The notes under the pieces: model-generated
The model's database searches: none
What the model was told of the DNA's origin: nothing
Seen by the model: only the letters and a program-made list of their open reading frames with translations
In this document: positions 1 through 13,941 of the stretch, one piece after another
Position numbering within the stretch: position 1 is the first letter of the stretch
Layout: each line of letters starts with the position of its first letter
Position numbers and translations under genes: made by a program
Assembly: GCA_951406725.2 (NCBI GenBank)
Contig: OX597820.1
Coordinates: 45,260,001-45,324,000, forward strand
DNA: 64,000 nucleotides
Direction of reading: 5' to 3'
From: Octopus vulgaris
Taxonomy: Eukaryota

Positions 1-1292
1 AATTTCCCCCTCCCCGCCGAAATTCCCTAATTTTTAAACTATTTTTCGAATTTTGTTTTTTATGCACGTAGAAAAATACAGATATTACGAATGTGGGAAA
101 TATAATTTGATTTGGAAAATTAAATTTTTCTGAAAGAAATACCGAATGCCCCTTCCCCCACCTCGGCCGTGCAAATCTCCTGTATGAAAAACATAGGAAA
201 GTGAGTAAATTGAGGAAAGAAATACGTGAGATGGGTACGCAAATATCTCGGACATGCTAGAAACAACAGGTAAAGGACAGGGTTTCTGAGATAACTTCCT
301 TGTAAGTTTAAATGTAAGATCAGGTCTTGAAATAAGCTCCTCACAAACAGGAATGACAGAATAGGAAATGGTAATTTCTATATGATTTGAGCTGTAATTT
401 AGCGCACAGCAAAAAATAACATAATTCACACAGAACTTAAACTCTGTGTGTGTGTGTGAGGGGGCAAAGGAAGTTATTTTTGCATACCTTTCTTAATTCC
501 AAAAGAAGGAAATGTAGTGAAGTTGTAATATGTTAACAGCAGAAGGTATCCGTACATTATAATGAGAAATTGAAAGAGATAATGCCTAATTCTACGCACG
601 CGTGAAACAGGACGAAAGTGAAAATGACCTTAAAATTGTACGACGCGACCTCATTTCTGGGGTTCTCGGCGTCCCCTTCTCTCCTTCTTTCCCCCTTTCT
701 TTGTGTCGCTTTCTTTCTTCACCTATAGAACATACAGTATCAATTCTGTGTTGGCTTTCTTTCACTTTCAACTGTAGAACGTACATAGGGTATGAAATAT
801 CAGCGTCTGTCTCTCACCCGCCACGAAGTCGTTCAACTTCTATAGAAGCTTGTTTTCCGTCTCTGTTTCTTTCTCTTGTCTGTCTGTCTGTCTTTTTCTC
901 ATTCTGCGTTTCACTCGGTCATTCCGTAAAAAGAAGATGTATGTACGTGTGTATGAAATGCACACGCGTGTGTGTGTGTGTGTTAGAGAGGGAGAGAGAG
1001 AGAGAGGGGTCGATAAAATAAGTACCGGTTGAGCAATAGGGTCGATGCAACCGATTTACTTCATTCCCTGAAATTGCTGGTCTTGAGCCAAAAGTTTGAA
1101 TTCAATAATTATAACGGCCTATTGGCACTAAAAGAAGCACGAACAAAGAAAAAAAATCTTCGCATTATTTTCCTCTGATAACGAAGTTTCGATAAGCCAA
1201 AAATATAAACGAGAAACATTATTTGGTAGTATGAATACGAGTGTTTGTGTGTATGCGTGTTTGAGAGTATGCGTCTATCTGTGTTTTCCTAC

Positions 1293-1340
<48 letters not shown>

Positions 1341-2028
1341 ATACATTAATTTGTTTAAGTTAGTTTAGTCATAAAAGCAGATTTCTGAGACTGTTGATAC
1401 AACGATATCGTAAGCCAGGTCATCTGAGTAGCTTTATGCGCAAATCTCAATACTTTTTCGCTTAATTAATGACTCATTTGCGAAGGTCCACCATATTTGC
1501 AAATCTCCATTTTGTTATATTTGCTGCTAATGGTTTATTTCTCTTTATGTATTTCTTATCTAATTTTGTTTTTCTATTATTTTCCTATTTTTTTATATAT
1601 ATATATATATTTCATGTTTTTAATCTGAATGAATTTTCTGTTATTTAGTCATTTTGTAATATGTTGTTCTAAGAACATACACTCAGGTTTCTCAGTCTGT
1701 CTGTCTGTCTGTCTGTCTCTCTTTGTATGCATGTGTGTGTGTATGTGTTTGTATTTGTGTGTGAGTGAGTGTGTGTGTGTGTGTCGGTGCGTGTGTGTAA
1801 GTATGTGAGCATATATATATATATATATATATTTCACAATCTGGGAAAACATTATCAATGTAGCAACAGTGAAACACACACACACACACCTATATGTGTG
1901 TGTGTTTGTCTGCTGGTATGTGTGCTTATGTGTATGAGACTACATGTTTCCCATTCAGAGTAGACAGTGTAAATATAGCAAAATTGAAGAATATATATAC
2001 ATACATACACACTCACATACACACACGC

Positions 2029-2094
<66 letters not shown>

Positions 2095-2522
2095 AAATAC
2101 ATACATATGTAAGTATGTATATATACGTGTGAGTGTGAGGTTTATCTCTGCGGGTGTTTTGTAAATATGCTGTTTGGGCGTTTTATCAATTATTTAGTGG
2201 TTAGATCTCGGCTGATCTCTAGACAAAATATAAATGTGTATACACAGTAATACAACAACTACAGCGTTAGCAATACCGGTGGTATTGTTGTTGATATGGT
2301 AGTGGTGCTGGTGACGGTGATAGCCGTCGCTAGACGAGACGCGTCTAGACTAAATTATTGTTTTAGTCTGCGTAAGCGCTGAATAAACGGAAGATAGAAG
2401 TTGATTTGATAGAGAAGAGGGGCTGGTTTTAAAGCTATCTGCTGCTATTGGTTTGAAGAAAGGAATGAACATAACAACTCTTAATGAGCGTAACAACTCT
2501 CAATGATCATAACAATGCTCAA

Positions 2523-3068
2523 GGCAGCGAGCTGGCAGAAACGTTAGCACGCCAGGCGAAATGCGTAGCCGTATTTCGTCTGCCGTTACGTTCTGAGTTC
2601 AAATTCCGCCGAGGTCGACTTTGCTTTTCATCCTTTCGGGGTCGATAAATTAAGTACCAGTTACGCATTGGGATCAATGTAATCGACTTAATCCCTTTGT
2701 CTGTTCTTGTTTGTCCCCTCTGTGTTTAGCCCTTTGTGGGTAGTAAAGAAATAGGTATTTCACCTGTCGTTACGTTCTAAGTTCAAATTCTGCCGAGGTC
2801 GACTTTGCCTTTCATCCTTTCGGGGTCGATTAAATAAGTATCAGTTACGCACTGGGGTCGATATAATCGACTTAATCCGTTTGTCTGTCCTTGTTTGTCC
2901 CTTCTGTGTTTAGCTCCTTGTGGGTAGTAAAGAAATAGGTATTTCGTCAGCCGCTACGTTCTGAGTTTGCCTTTCAAATTTTCGGGGTCGATAAATTAAG
3001 TACCAGTAACTCCATGTCTGTCTTTATTTGTCCCCTCTATGTTTAGCCCCTTGTGCGCAATAGAAAAA
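2523..3068 (+). mobile_element. tRNA-derived SINE family A, multimeric (one head plus three body repeats)
   Basis: Head GGCAGCGAGCTGGCAGAAACGTTAGCAC, B-box-like GAGTTCAAATTCC, central GTCGACTTTGCCTTTCATCCTTTCGGGGTCGAT repeated three times. The same sequence recurs more than 10 times in the window. Confidence 0.85.
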
Positions 3069-3364
3069 TAACTCTTAATGCCGCCACCCTCAAAGTCAGA
3101 TTGACTACATTAAGGTCGACCACGAGTTTTAATGTGACGTTTTTTTTTTCGGCGTAGATGGAGTCAAGTAGATGGAGAATTAAAAAATTCCAAAATCTCG
3201 AAGTAAAAGCAAGCTTTGGGAAAAGGAAAAGACAGCAGAATGGCGCTGAATATGAGTGTCAATCAAGATCAAATATACCTGAGCTGATCTTTTAGTCCCG
3301 TTTACAGAGCGTTGATAAGCATCATCTGTTCGGTCATTACAGCAAACGGACAACTGATTAGAAT

Positions 3365-3605
3365 TTGAAGTCAGAACGTAACGGCAGACGAAATACCTAT
3401 TTCTATTTCTTTACTACCCACAAGGGGCTAAACACAGAGAGGACAAACAAAACAGACATACGTATTAAGTCGATTACATCGACCCCAGTGCGTAACTGGT
3501 ACTTAATTTATCGACCCCGGAAGGATGAAAGGCAACGTAACGGTAGACGAAATACCGCTAAGCATTTCGCCCGGCGCGCTAACGTTTCTACCAGCTGGCC
3601 CCCTT
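3365..3605 (-). mobile_element. SINE family A (rearranged, partial)
   Basis: Reverse complement of family A body and head (CGACCCCGGAAGGATGAAAGGCAA; GCTAACGTTTCTACCAGCT). Confidence 0.75.
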
Positions 3606-4309
3606 CCCATCCACAAATAATAACAATAAAGAATAACTGAATTAAAAAAGGGATGCAAAAACAGCAAAAGACAAAGTAGTCAAACAATGAAAAAAGTCAC
3701 ACAAATAGACAGAACTTTAAGTTTAAATACCGTTGTATAATGAAAAGCTCCCACCAAAAGAATTGTGTTATAATTAACGTCAACAACCGTTAATCTTTCG
3801 CAACGATTGTAAGCCACAAGGACTTCCGACTTAAGGAAAAAGAGAAAGTATATACGAGGTATATTATAAAATCAGTGATTTCTTGTCAAATTAATTTAGT
3901 CTAAGTTTCAAGGCTGTCTAAACCACTAACAAAAACTAATGGATTGACTCGAGAAAGTTAAAATGAATGCTCTCCAGTCTGAGAAAAAGATGAGGTCTGA
4001 ATTTATAGAATATTTGTAAAAACAACATAAATAGTGTGTGTTAACAGCTAATGTTCTATTAGCTAAAAGGATGTGGAGTCTTCTCACCTTTGCCAAAACT
4101 GAAGGAAAAGGCGAAGAAAGTCACTTTACATCCAGTCAGAGAAGCTATCGCCCAGGCATCCTGTTCCTCTGTAGCCATAAGCGTTATCCTGTTGTGTTGT
4201 GATGATGATGAGGAGGTACTGATAAATGGAAAACATTTCCTAGCTGTCAGTGAAGAGTGAACAGAAGACTTCTGTCAAAAAAGGGAGAACGTCAACAGAT
4301 GACACAAAT

Positions 4310-4964
4310 CAGTGGCGGCTCGTGTATAGGAACTGCGGCTCGTGTATAGGAGCTGCAGCACCCCCCATTTCCACTCGATATTATCGATAACATTCAGTTC
4401 TTTAATTCTTTCTTTATACTTGTACATTATATAATCCTTAAGCTTAATGTTAGTTGCCATCCCCTAGTTTATGAGAAAAATACAAAAGTCCTTGCTTAGA
4501 ACTGTGCGCTTCACTGTTCCAGCGATGCGGTGTTTGGCTGTTCGAGATAGGAAGTTTCACACAAAGGAGAGAGAGCACTGTGTGAACGACAGCGCCGGGT
4601 GAAAGATCACGTTTCTTTTTGACTCCGCGTGTGTTGTACTTAAAAACGTGTCTATATTCTTGAATGTGATAAAGTGTAGAATTAGATTATTATCCTGCTT
4701 CCAGCTTCAGTGTTACTGCCAGGATATGAAAAAAATAAGGCACTTATTTTGAGATTTAGGGAGGATTTTTGAAAAACAAGGGGGAATTCGCGGCGGTGTT
4801 CAGTGAACAAACACACTACCCGGCAGTGGCTAAAACGCGAGCCGATCAAGTTTATCTATAAATTTTCTTTTTATATGTTTGTTTCTTTTTACACAATATT
4901 AAAACAACGGCTAAATTTTTTCTGAAGCAGTACTTCACCTAATTTTATATACGAGCCGCCATTT
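4310..4964. mobile_element. Non-autonomous hAT-type DNA transposon (MITE)
   Basis: TIRs CAGTGGCGGCTCGTGTATA ... TATATACGAGCCGCCATTT, flanked by a perfect 8-bp TSD ACACAAAT (4302-4309 and 4965-4972). An 8-bp TSD with CAG start is typical of hAT. Confidence 0.85.
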
Positions 4965-5169
4965 ACACAAATAGAGAAGAGGATATCTTCCCAGGACAAT
5001 AATAACAATCATGAAAAAAATAACATGAGATTCACAGCCCTTTGAAAGAGGAATTAGTGCCTCATAAACAAAATAATATAGATGTGGTGCGACAGATATT
5101 GCCAAGGTGTGTCGACCACGCGAAATGGGGCTAAAGGTAGAGAGATTCCAATACGAACAGCTTGCGGGA

Positions 5170-5655
5170 GGCAAATTTTTTTTTTCACGAGAGTTCCGGA
5201 CCCCAGTTATGAACTCATTTTCATACAGCCAATCAGCTATAGAGCTCAACTATCAAAACTAATTTATGTGTGCATAACAAGTGATGGGCGATAAGATAAG
5301 ATCATTTGGGTAAGGAATGACCATGCTTCTTTCCTCATTTGATAATGCTTGTGTTCTTGTTCTTGTTTCAGCCATGGCTGCCTCTACGTAGTTATTTGTG
5401 TTGCTGTTTACCATATTTGGCCCTAACAAAATCCGATAAGAGGTATAGATGCTAATATATCTAATTACTTGTCTCCTTCTAAAATCAGGCATAACTTGGC
5501 GATCGATCGACTTACAACACCGTTCTACGTCATGAGTTTACTTGGTAGAGTGTGTTTGCTAACTTGACAAGATCAAAGTGAGCTCTGATTGGTTGTATGC
5601 AAATGAGTTCATTACTAGGATCCGGAACTTTCGTGGGAAAGAAAATTTCGAGCAG
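5170..5655. mobile_element. Foldback/MITE-like element with ~75-bp imperfect inverted arms
   Basis: 5170-5250 (AAATTTT..CACGAGAGTTCCGGACCCCAGTTATGAACTCATTTTCATACAGCCAATCAG) is the reverse complement of ~5580-5650 (CTGATTGGTTGTATGCAAATGAGTTCATTACTAGGATCCGGAACTTTCGTG..AAAATTT). Confidence 0.65.
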
Positions 5656-5749
5656 GAGAGGCTGCTGCAACTGACCTATCCTGTCATACAGTCCAAATGA
5701 CAAATTTTAAATAAAAAAGCAATAGTACAATATTATTCCTTACTAAAGA

Positions 5750-5968
5750 AGGCATGAGCTGGCAGAAACGTTAGCACGCCGGGAAAAGTGCTTAGCGTCA
5801 TTCCATGCGTCTTCACGTTCTGAATTAAAATTCAGTCGAGGTCGACTTTGCCTTTCATCCTACCGTGATCGATAAAATAAGTATCAGCTGAACACTGGGG
5901 TCGATGTAATTGACTAGTCCCCACCTCCAAAATTTCAGGCCTTGTGCCTATAGTAGAAAAGATTTATT
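5750..5968 (+). mobile_element. SINE family A monomer
   Basis: GAGCTGGCAGAAACGTTAGCACGCC head, GTCGACTTTGCCTTTCATCC core, AAATTTCAGGCCTTGTGCC tail. Confidence 0.8.
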
Positions 5969-6372
5969 AAATACTGATGTAGGACTTTTCGGAAGACGTG
6001 GGTGTTTCTTAATTCATTCCACGCAAACGTTGATGAGGATGAGAACAGCGAGCATGAAAGGGTATTGCAACCTGACATAATCTGTTGATACTCATCTGTT
6101 GTGTGGGTGAGCAACCTAAAATGTTTTTCCTGTGAGTACTTTTTAAATAATCTTTTATTTATGGTGTGATTTCTTTTAAAGCTTTATATTTATATCTTTA
6201 TTTTTACAAGAACTTTTTAAGTGTGTTCTTTGTGCTGCCCCTAACACCGTTCGTTTTTTTTATAGACATTGTTTATTCTTCTCCAGACGTTTTGTAAACC
6301 GCTAGTCTTAACATTTCATATTTTATATGCATGAATGCATGGTATGAAATTGCCCTCAGTGGCTTAATAAAA

Positions 6373-6756
<384 letters not shown>

Positions 6757-7475
6757 ATTTTCTCTTCATCACAGGTTTTGTTGGAGCTCCTGGAGTCTTG
6801 CATGCACAGCGGGCTTACTACTTACAGCCTACGGTACCATGCTGTTCGTTCATTTCAGCTAATACTTTTCTGATTATTCTGGTCGTGCCAAGGAGGCAAA
6901 CCTTTTGTAACAGTTCTCCTGGGCACTCTATTCCAATTTCCTTTATATTCCTCTTGATGCCTTCTGATACTGTTCTGAAGGAGCCACCAATAATTGGCAC
7001 TATCTTCACCTTCTTCATTTTCCATAGCCGGGCTATTTCGTACTTCAGAGGGTTGTATCTATTTATCTTTTCGTTTTCCTTCTCGATTATTCCTGGGTCC
7101 AAGAAGCATGCAACATAAACTAAATAGCATATGTGGTGCACCTTGTCCACCACCACTAGGTCTGGTCTGTTATGCTCTAGCACCGCATCTGTTTGGATTG
7201 GGAAATCTCAGAGGATTTTGCTAGTGTCCGACTCCACCACTCTCTACGGTTTGTGGTCATACCACGTCTTGCCTCCCTCTAGCTCCCACTTTTCGCACAG
7301 TTTCCAATGCAACACTTTTGTTACCTGGTTGTGTCGCCACAACGTGGGCAAGTCTAGGGCATTCGTTCGTGCTATGGGCAATAGTTTCATCCACTCTATT
7401 GCAGATGCGACACAGCGGAGACATTTTCTCATTCCTAAGGTTGACCCTCCAGTACGTGGCCGAAGTTTGGTCCTT
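6757..7475 (-). mobile_element. 3' fragment of an R4/Dong-type non-LTR retrotransposon (CCHC knuckle plus restriction-like endonuclease), frameshifted
   Basis: Minus-strand translations RKCLRC.., RHNQVTKVLHWKLCEKW..WYDHKP, HNRPDLVVVDK..EKENEKINRYNPLKYEIARLWKM..VPII..LLQKVCLLGTTRIIRKVL match the RLE C-terminus. Bounded by (GAT)n and (TAA)n tracts. Confidence 0.85.
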
Positions 7476-7476
7476 A

Positions 7477-7522
<46 letters not shown>

Positions 7523-9097
7523 ACTATCATCATCATCATCATCATTATTATTAACTGCTGACTTGTTCAGACGTGTGTACCTGAATTTTGGATTTTATTT
7601 TGCTCAAGGACTTTGCTTTGTACTGTTTAAAACTCTACTCTGTACTAGGGTAAAAACAAGGTCGTTTCTTTTTAATAGTTCCATTTTTTTTTCACCATGC
7701 CACTTCAAGTCAATAAAGACTTTTCATTCACGAGAACCACTTCCGTCAAAAGATAACATTGCGTACAGCATGACAATATCTAAATAGAAAAGAAAGCGAA
7801 ATCAAAATAAAAATAAAGAAATTAAATATACAGACTTTATAAGTACAGGGAGACTTTAAACGAAAAACTGCAGCATTGTAAACAACAAGAACAACAACAA
7901 TAGCAGCAACAACAACAACAGCATTAACATAAACATCAGTCACATACATCGTCAAATGAAAGCGTTTTGAGTGCGCGTCAGATCTAATCTAAATGTACTT
8001 TTCAATAAAAGAACCGTTGATAAAAAAATTTCATCGATAGAACAAATACATGGTAACATTATCTCAGGAGAATAGGCGTTTCATTATCTCAAGGTAATAC
8101 CCAGGTGCGAGATATAAAGAAATTTGCCAATGCCTTAGCAAAAGCAAAAGTTGCCGGGCTCCGTCACTGTTGCTTCCCGGTTGTTTCAGACAGCACGGTT
8201 TCTCCAAGGGTGCTTTTCTCTGAGTGTCCGAGGCGGTCAGTAGGCTCACTGTGAAAAAGTCTAAAGTGTTCGGAGCGAGCACCGCCGGCTTGCATGCGAA
8301 GAGCATGGACTGATGGAAAAAGCTTCGGAGTATTTCCCGGCGCCCTCTAAATAATCACAGAAGGTGGACTTCGCAGATATATGCAACGAAATTTCTCATG
8401 GAGAAAAAGAGTGGAAGGGGGGGGGGGGCATATCGTTCGATGTGCGATGTTTCCAAAACTAAGAACGGGATGAAAGTAACAATCTCAGACGGTCTGTGAC
8501 GTATCTGCTCATAAACTGGTTTCACGGTGTTTCAGACGGAAGAATACATGACATGTATCAGTGACGACATGGCCATTTTCGTAACGCAATATGGACATAC
8601 AGTCAGTGTAGACAGGATTTAAACTCGTATTTAGGTGAGATCATGACTCCACAAGGCCAGAAATGAATCCGAAATTGCGCTTTTCAGTAGGTATTAACAG
8701 AAAGGCTCAACCATTGATGATTTAAAAGGGAAGACTGAAAATGCAATTCTAAGTCTTTCTGCCCATGTAGAGCTAAAAGAATGAAATCAGTAACAACAGC
8801 AGCAAAATATGAATTATCAGTCTCTCTTTTGGAGATATCGGAAGAAATAGCGTCCTTCTCCTTTTTAAGAATTAGCCAGAAAGTTGCCGAGGGATCTACT
8901 CCTTCGGTCATAACCAGCAATGACAGTTGGGGAAGAGACAAAAGGAGAGTATAACCAGCAACAGTAACAACAGCCGTTTTCAGAGGAAGCGGACGATATC
9001 GAAGCCCTACCCTTATTAGAATGGGGATGAGATAAAGACAGAGGGTATATTTAAAATCTTTACATAAAATAAAAGAAACAAAAAGTGAAGAAAGACC

Positions 9098-9255
9098 CCG
9101 GTGTGGCTGTGTGGTAAGAAGTTCGGTTCTCAATCACATGTTTCCGGGTTCAGTGCCACTGCGTAGTACCTGGAACAACTGTTTTCTATTGTAACCTCAG
9201 GCCGACCAAAGCCTTGCGAGTGGATTTGGTAGACTGAAACTGAAAGAAGCCTGTC

Positions 9256-9315
<60 letters not shown>

Positions 9316-9556
9316 GTGTGTGTGTGTGTGTCTTTCTTTGCGTCTGTGTGTGTTCTCCACCACCGCTTCACAACCGGTGTTGGTGTATTCACGCTCGCGT
9401 AACTTAGCGGTTCGGCAAAGAGATCGATAGAATAAGCACCAGGCTTTAAAAAATAAGTACTGGGATCGATTCGTTCGCCTAAAATTCTTCAAGACGGTGT
9501 CCCACCATGGCCGCAGACTAATGACTGAAACGAGGAAAAGATAAAAGATAAAAGTG
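9098..9556 (+). mobile_element. tRNA-derived SINE family B with internal (TA)n(TG)n
   Basis: GTGGCTGTGTGGTAAGAAG head, CCGGGTTCAGT box, GCCTTGCGAGTGGATTTGGTAGAC, internal microsatellite, TTAGCGGTTCGGCAAA, (TAAAAGA)n tail. Confidence 0.85.
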
Positions 9557-10369
9557 CGGAATGAAGAGAAGCTTTATCGTTTCGCGCAAGAGAAACCCAC
9601 GGCTTCTTTAGAAAAATGGAGTTCATAGCTGTTCGCGTCATTATTAGTGATCTAATAGTAGAAGACGAATTTCCAGACAAAGTATTGATCGAAGAAGAGA
9701 CAAGAGTAGAATGCAAAAGTCATGAACAGTATAGGATATTGGCAAGGTGTTTATGCTGTGCTACAAAGCATCCAGCCGTAGGACATGAGCATGTACCAAT
9801 GCACAACCTTAACTCAAAAACTCACAGATAATTCTGGACTTACAAGTTGTAAAAAGTATAGAAAAGATTTGGGGATGATACGTAATGGGAACCGTGGGAG
9901 TATTCTGATCATAAGTGGTAGCTTCTCACATATATGTAGGTGGTTTGTCCTCATTAAAAGCTGAATTGTGTTATATTTATTATGTTTTTGTGTTATGTTT
10001 CTTTAACCCTTATCTATAATTATTTCATATTTTAATACTAATTTTTAACTTGTTCTTCCTATATTGTATAATGACTTGTTCTTCCTCTCGCTATTATATA
10101 ATATGTTTGATAACAACATAAGTTTTTGTACCCCACCCAATTTTAACCTTTTATGTATTGTATGTATTGATTTATCCCTAATCACAATTGGTTACTATGG
10201 AATCAAAGAGATGTTACGTGACCGCAAACATAAATATAGCTTTCGCACGCTAGAAGCGACCTGAACTATTTTACTAAAACCAATATTTATCAACACTATA
10301 TGATTGATAGTAAAAACCAATGTTTATGCATCTATCCATCGAACTTCGCTCATTATTATTCCTGGGAGT

Positions 10370-10760
10370 GTCGTAGGGGCAGAGTCTTCAAGCACCTCCT
10401 CTTTAGGGTCCTATTAGACGCAACCGTCTTTACACTGTCCAGCTGCACTCCCGAGTGAAACCAACTGAAATTACGGATATTATCCAACCATTTCATTCTT
10501 GGTCTACCATTAAGACTCTTGCTGGTTGGTTCGGCATGGAGAATTCATCATACGAGTCTTTCCTGCAACAGTTTAAGCGCATATCTGTGGTACTAGAGCT
10601 GTGACTGCTCAATGCAGAGAAGTTGTGGCTCGATCAGGAGGGACTCTCTTATTTCCCAGCTAGTATACATTTTAGTAAACTTTTGTGAACCAAGTTTGCA
10701 TCTGATACGATTCTAGGTTGTAGCTATTTCGTACATTCTTATTAGTGCCCCAGGGAATGG
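10370..10760 (-). mobile_element. Decayed RTE-clade LINE 3' end
   Basis: Minus strand reads ..ILHAEPTSKSLNGRPRMKWLDNIR.., resembling the RTE C-terminal RGRPRxxWxD motif; many stops. Confidence 0.55.
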
Positions 10761-11267
10761 CTTGAGCATCCATTATACGAGGGTTGGCTGAGAAGTTCAT
10801 TGGCTGACTAGTAATTTTCGTTTCCCTATACACTGAAATCAATTTGACCTTATTGACTTATTGATGAATATGGCATATTACCGAAGATCAAGCATATGCC
10901 TTTACTGCACCAGCTCGTGAGATAAATAAGACACATAACGAGAAAACACTGTCGGGTATTGGTAATATCTCGGCGTGGTTATTCTGTGAATCGGTTTCGA
11001 CTCTCGATTGCTGCTATTTCTTTTCAGTTCAGTCACTATTTCCCCAACTTAGCAATGGTCTGAACAATATCGAAAACACGTCGTTTGTTGTCAGGACCCT
11101 GTGACACTATCTTGAGTTGAAGGTTCAAGGTAAGGTCAGATGTCTTTCCAAAATAAATCAAATTTTCTTCTTCATTTGAAATTGAATTAATTATCAGCTA
11201 ATTCGTAAATAAAGTTACTAATCCGATTATGAATAGTTTAGACTTAACAAGACACAAGATCCACATA

Positions 11268-11462
11268 TTGGTTTCAAATTTTGGTACAAGACCAGTAGGT
11301 TCGAGAGAGGGAGTATGTAGATTACATCGACCCCAGTGCTCAACTGGTACTTTATTTTATCGACCCCGAAAGGATGAAAGGCAAATTTGACCGTGGTGGA
11401 ATTTGAAATGCCACTAAGCATTTTGCCTGGCGTTCTAACAATTCTGCCAACTTGCTGCCTTA
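11268..11462 (-). mobile_element. SINE family A
   Basis: Reverse complement of family A core (ACTGGTACTTTATTTTATCGACCCCGAAAGGATGAAAGGCAAA). Confidence 0.8.
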
Positions 11463-12030
11463 CTGGATCCTGTTATTATTGCTGATTAATTACAGGTCAA
11501 TCTTGATCAAGTAGACCAATGAAAAAAGATATTCCAGCCATGACTATCTCATCTTTTTTGTGGGGTATCTAAGACATTTCTGCTTTAAGGGAGATTTGAC
11601 TGCAATGTCTAGCATTTTGAGCCATCACATTGAGGGTCTTTCGTTTTAACTTTTGGAGCAATGGGAAGAGAGTGTGTGTGTTTGTTATTCAGGCTTTCTC
11701 AAGGATATAAATGGCATAAGTGTTGCACGATGGCTTCCAACCAATGAAAATAGAAACTCCGACATGTTGTTTACCGGTAGGAAGTTTACTTCTTACCCTG
11801 TGTATCTCTCTCTGCTACAACATAAATATTTGTATCATTTCGACTAGGCGGAGGGGTTTTTATGCCTATAAAAGGGAAGGAGATTCGATAGGACATTCTT
11901 GTCGTTGTCAGAGTCGTACATAAAAACATGAAGCAAAATGGATTGTGTGGTTTAGAAGTCCGTTTCGCAACTAGATGGTTTCGTGTTCAGTTCTACTGTT
12001 CGGCACCATGGGCATGTGTCTGATAAAATA

Positions 12031-12568
12031 CAGGGCAATTCAAATTGAATGATACAAAAAGAACACATACATGTGAGTGTTGTAATAAGTATATTGCAAA
12101 ACTACAGATGTAACCTGAAAAGTTAACTCTTCAAGTTTTTATTGATCGTCACAGATGTTAAAAGTGGGCATCCTTTGCTATACAGAAAACGCCTACACGA
12201 CAGTCTAGTCACATTTGTGAAAGCATAGCCTGATAAACTGAGTGGACCGAGTTGTCTATTCGCTGCTTTAACTCCTGTAAATCCCGTGGAAGTGAAGATA
12301 TGAGCACCTTGTCTTTTAGATTCCCCCAAAAGAAAAAGTCGCAAGGCTGTAGGTCAGGGTACCTGGAGCAGGGATGGGGGCACACCATCGTCATTCACTC
12401 TAACATGGTCAATCCAGCGTTCTGGAAGATATTAATTGAGGTAGTTGCGCATGCATCTATGCCAATGTAGCGGGGCCTCGTCTTACAAGATAATGAAGTC
12501 AGATACTTCTTCCATCTGGGGCAACAACCAAATGGACAGCATTGCACCATTCATTTTGAATTACCCTG
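12031..12568 (-). mobile_element. Internally deleted Tc1/mariner element
   Basis: TIRs CAGGGCAATTCAAATTGAATG / CATTCATTTTGAATTACCCTG, each flanked by TA. Retains the transposase C-terminus SRYPDLQPCDFFFWGNLKDKV..LQELKQRI (SPDLxPxDFFLWG motif). Confidence 0.88.
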
Positions 12569-13941
12569 TAGAATCGACCAGAGCCTTGTGAGTGAAATTT
12601 GGTAGAGAGAGATTGTATAGATGTCTACCATATTGTAAGAGTTGCCAGAGTGTCGGATAGATTGCATTGTAGTATTTGTCTCTTTTCTCTGCGCTCTGAG
12701 TTCAAATCATGCCAAAGTCAATTTTGCTTTCCTTTCTTTCAGAGTCATGTACTAGGGATTGATTCTTCTCTCTCCCTCTCCTTCTTTGGGGGGAAAATAT
12801 AGGATGTGGTCTGGTCTGAAGAAGGATTTTCTCAAATTTAAAAAGTGTCCAAGAGAGCCACTTGTCAGGGCCCCACGACTCTACTAAAAGTTGAGAACCC
12901 AAAGTAAAGCAAGATGTCTTGAAGATACTGTTTCCTTTTTGTTTTTGGATAATAAGCTTAAACCGGCTCCCGATTAGCACATCATCAGGATCATGGGTAC
13001 CTTTGGTAGGATTCACTTTTAGACAAGTCAGTCTGAGAATAACTTGCTCCCTTCCCTCCCCCGATCCCTGTAAAAGATCATAAGAACTGCCCTTCGTTCT
13101 CCAAGTAACTAATACATACAGGCTTGAAATCGCCTTAAGATCGCAACTCGTTAAAATCGGTCGAAATTGTGATGATATTTAATCAACAGCTGATGAGGGA
13201 TTAATTGAGCTTGTATGCATTCGTTGTGTGTGCATGTAGTTTTGTTTTTACCGTAAATTCCTTTGTCGTCCTAGTGTGTCATATTCCCATTGTTCTACGT
13301 GAGCCACCGTTTCAACAAAGAATATTGATCCTTACATAGGTGTAAGGCCACATATATGGTAAGTTGTTGAAGTTACTCGGATCGATCCTTAATATATTCT
13401 GATAATTATTTCAATTGATCCCAGAAGGGATGAAAGACGAAACCAACAAGCGGGATTTAAACTCAGAACGTAAAGTGTCATAACTAAATATTATCCTGAT
13501 CTTAGCTCCGCATTCTACCGTTTCTGCCATTTCTTTAACATTTCTCAACAGAGAATATTCAAGCTAATGAGAGAGCATCAGCCTAGTCGCTCGTTCCGAA
13601 AGAAAAGTAGTCAAATTTCTTTAAAATTACCCACTAACATCTTGAAAAAAGGGAAGGATATACTGGGCAATGTAGTTCTACGTTTTCTTTAAAGACGAGA
13701 TAGTGACGGCTAGAATATATATGATGATAGGTCTGTTCGATCATAGCTTACCTGGGGTTAAGCAAAAACAAAATATTAGTAGCGAGCGTTTGTATTTATT
13801 TAACTGCTGCGTGTTTGTGTGCGTAAGTAAGTATACGGACGCGCGTGTGTGTACGAAATAACTAAATAATTAGTGAGATTGTTTGGAATGACAACCAATA
13901 ACAGCTTTAAATAACAGCCAACGTTGTACCAAAAAACAAAG

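Noticed and set aside
8100-9850. Possible LINE ORF1/gag remnant (CFRRKNT*HVSV resembles a decayed CCHC knuckle)
   Set aside because: Too degenerate to support without a homology search.
13185-13260. CTGATGA hammerhead core (also 61541-61547 in the foldback loop)
   Set aside because: No stem II followed by GAAA at the required spacing.
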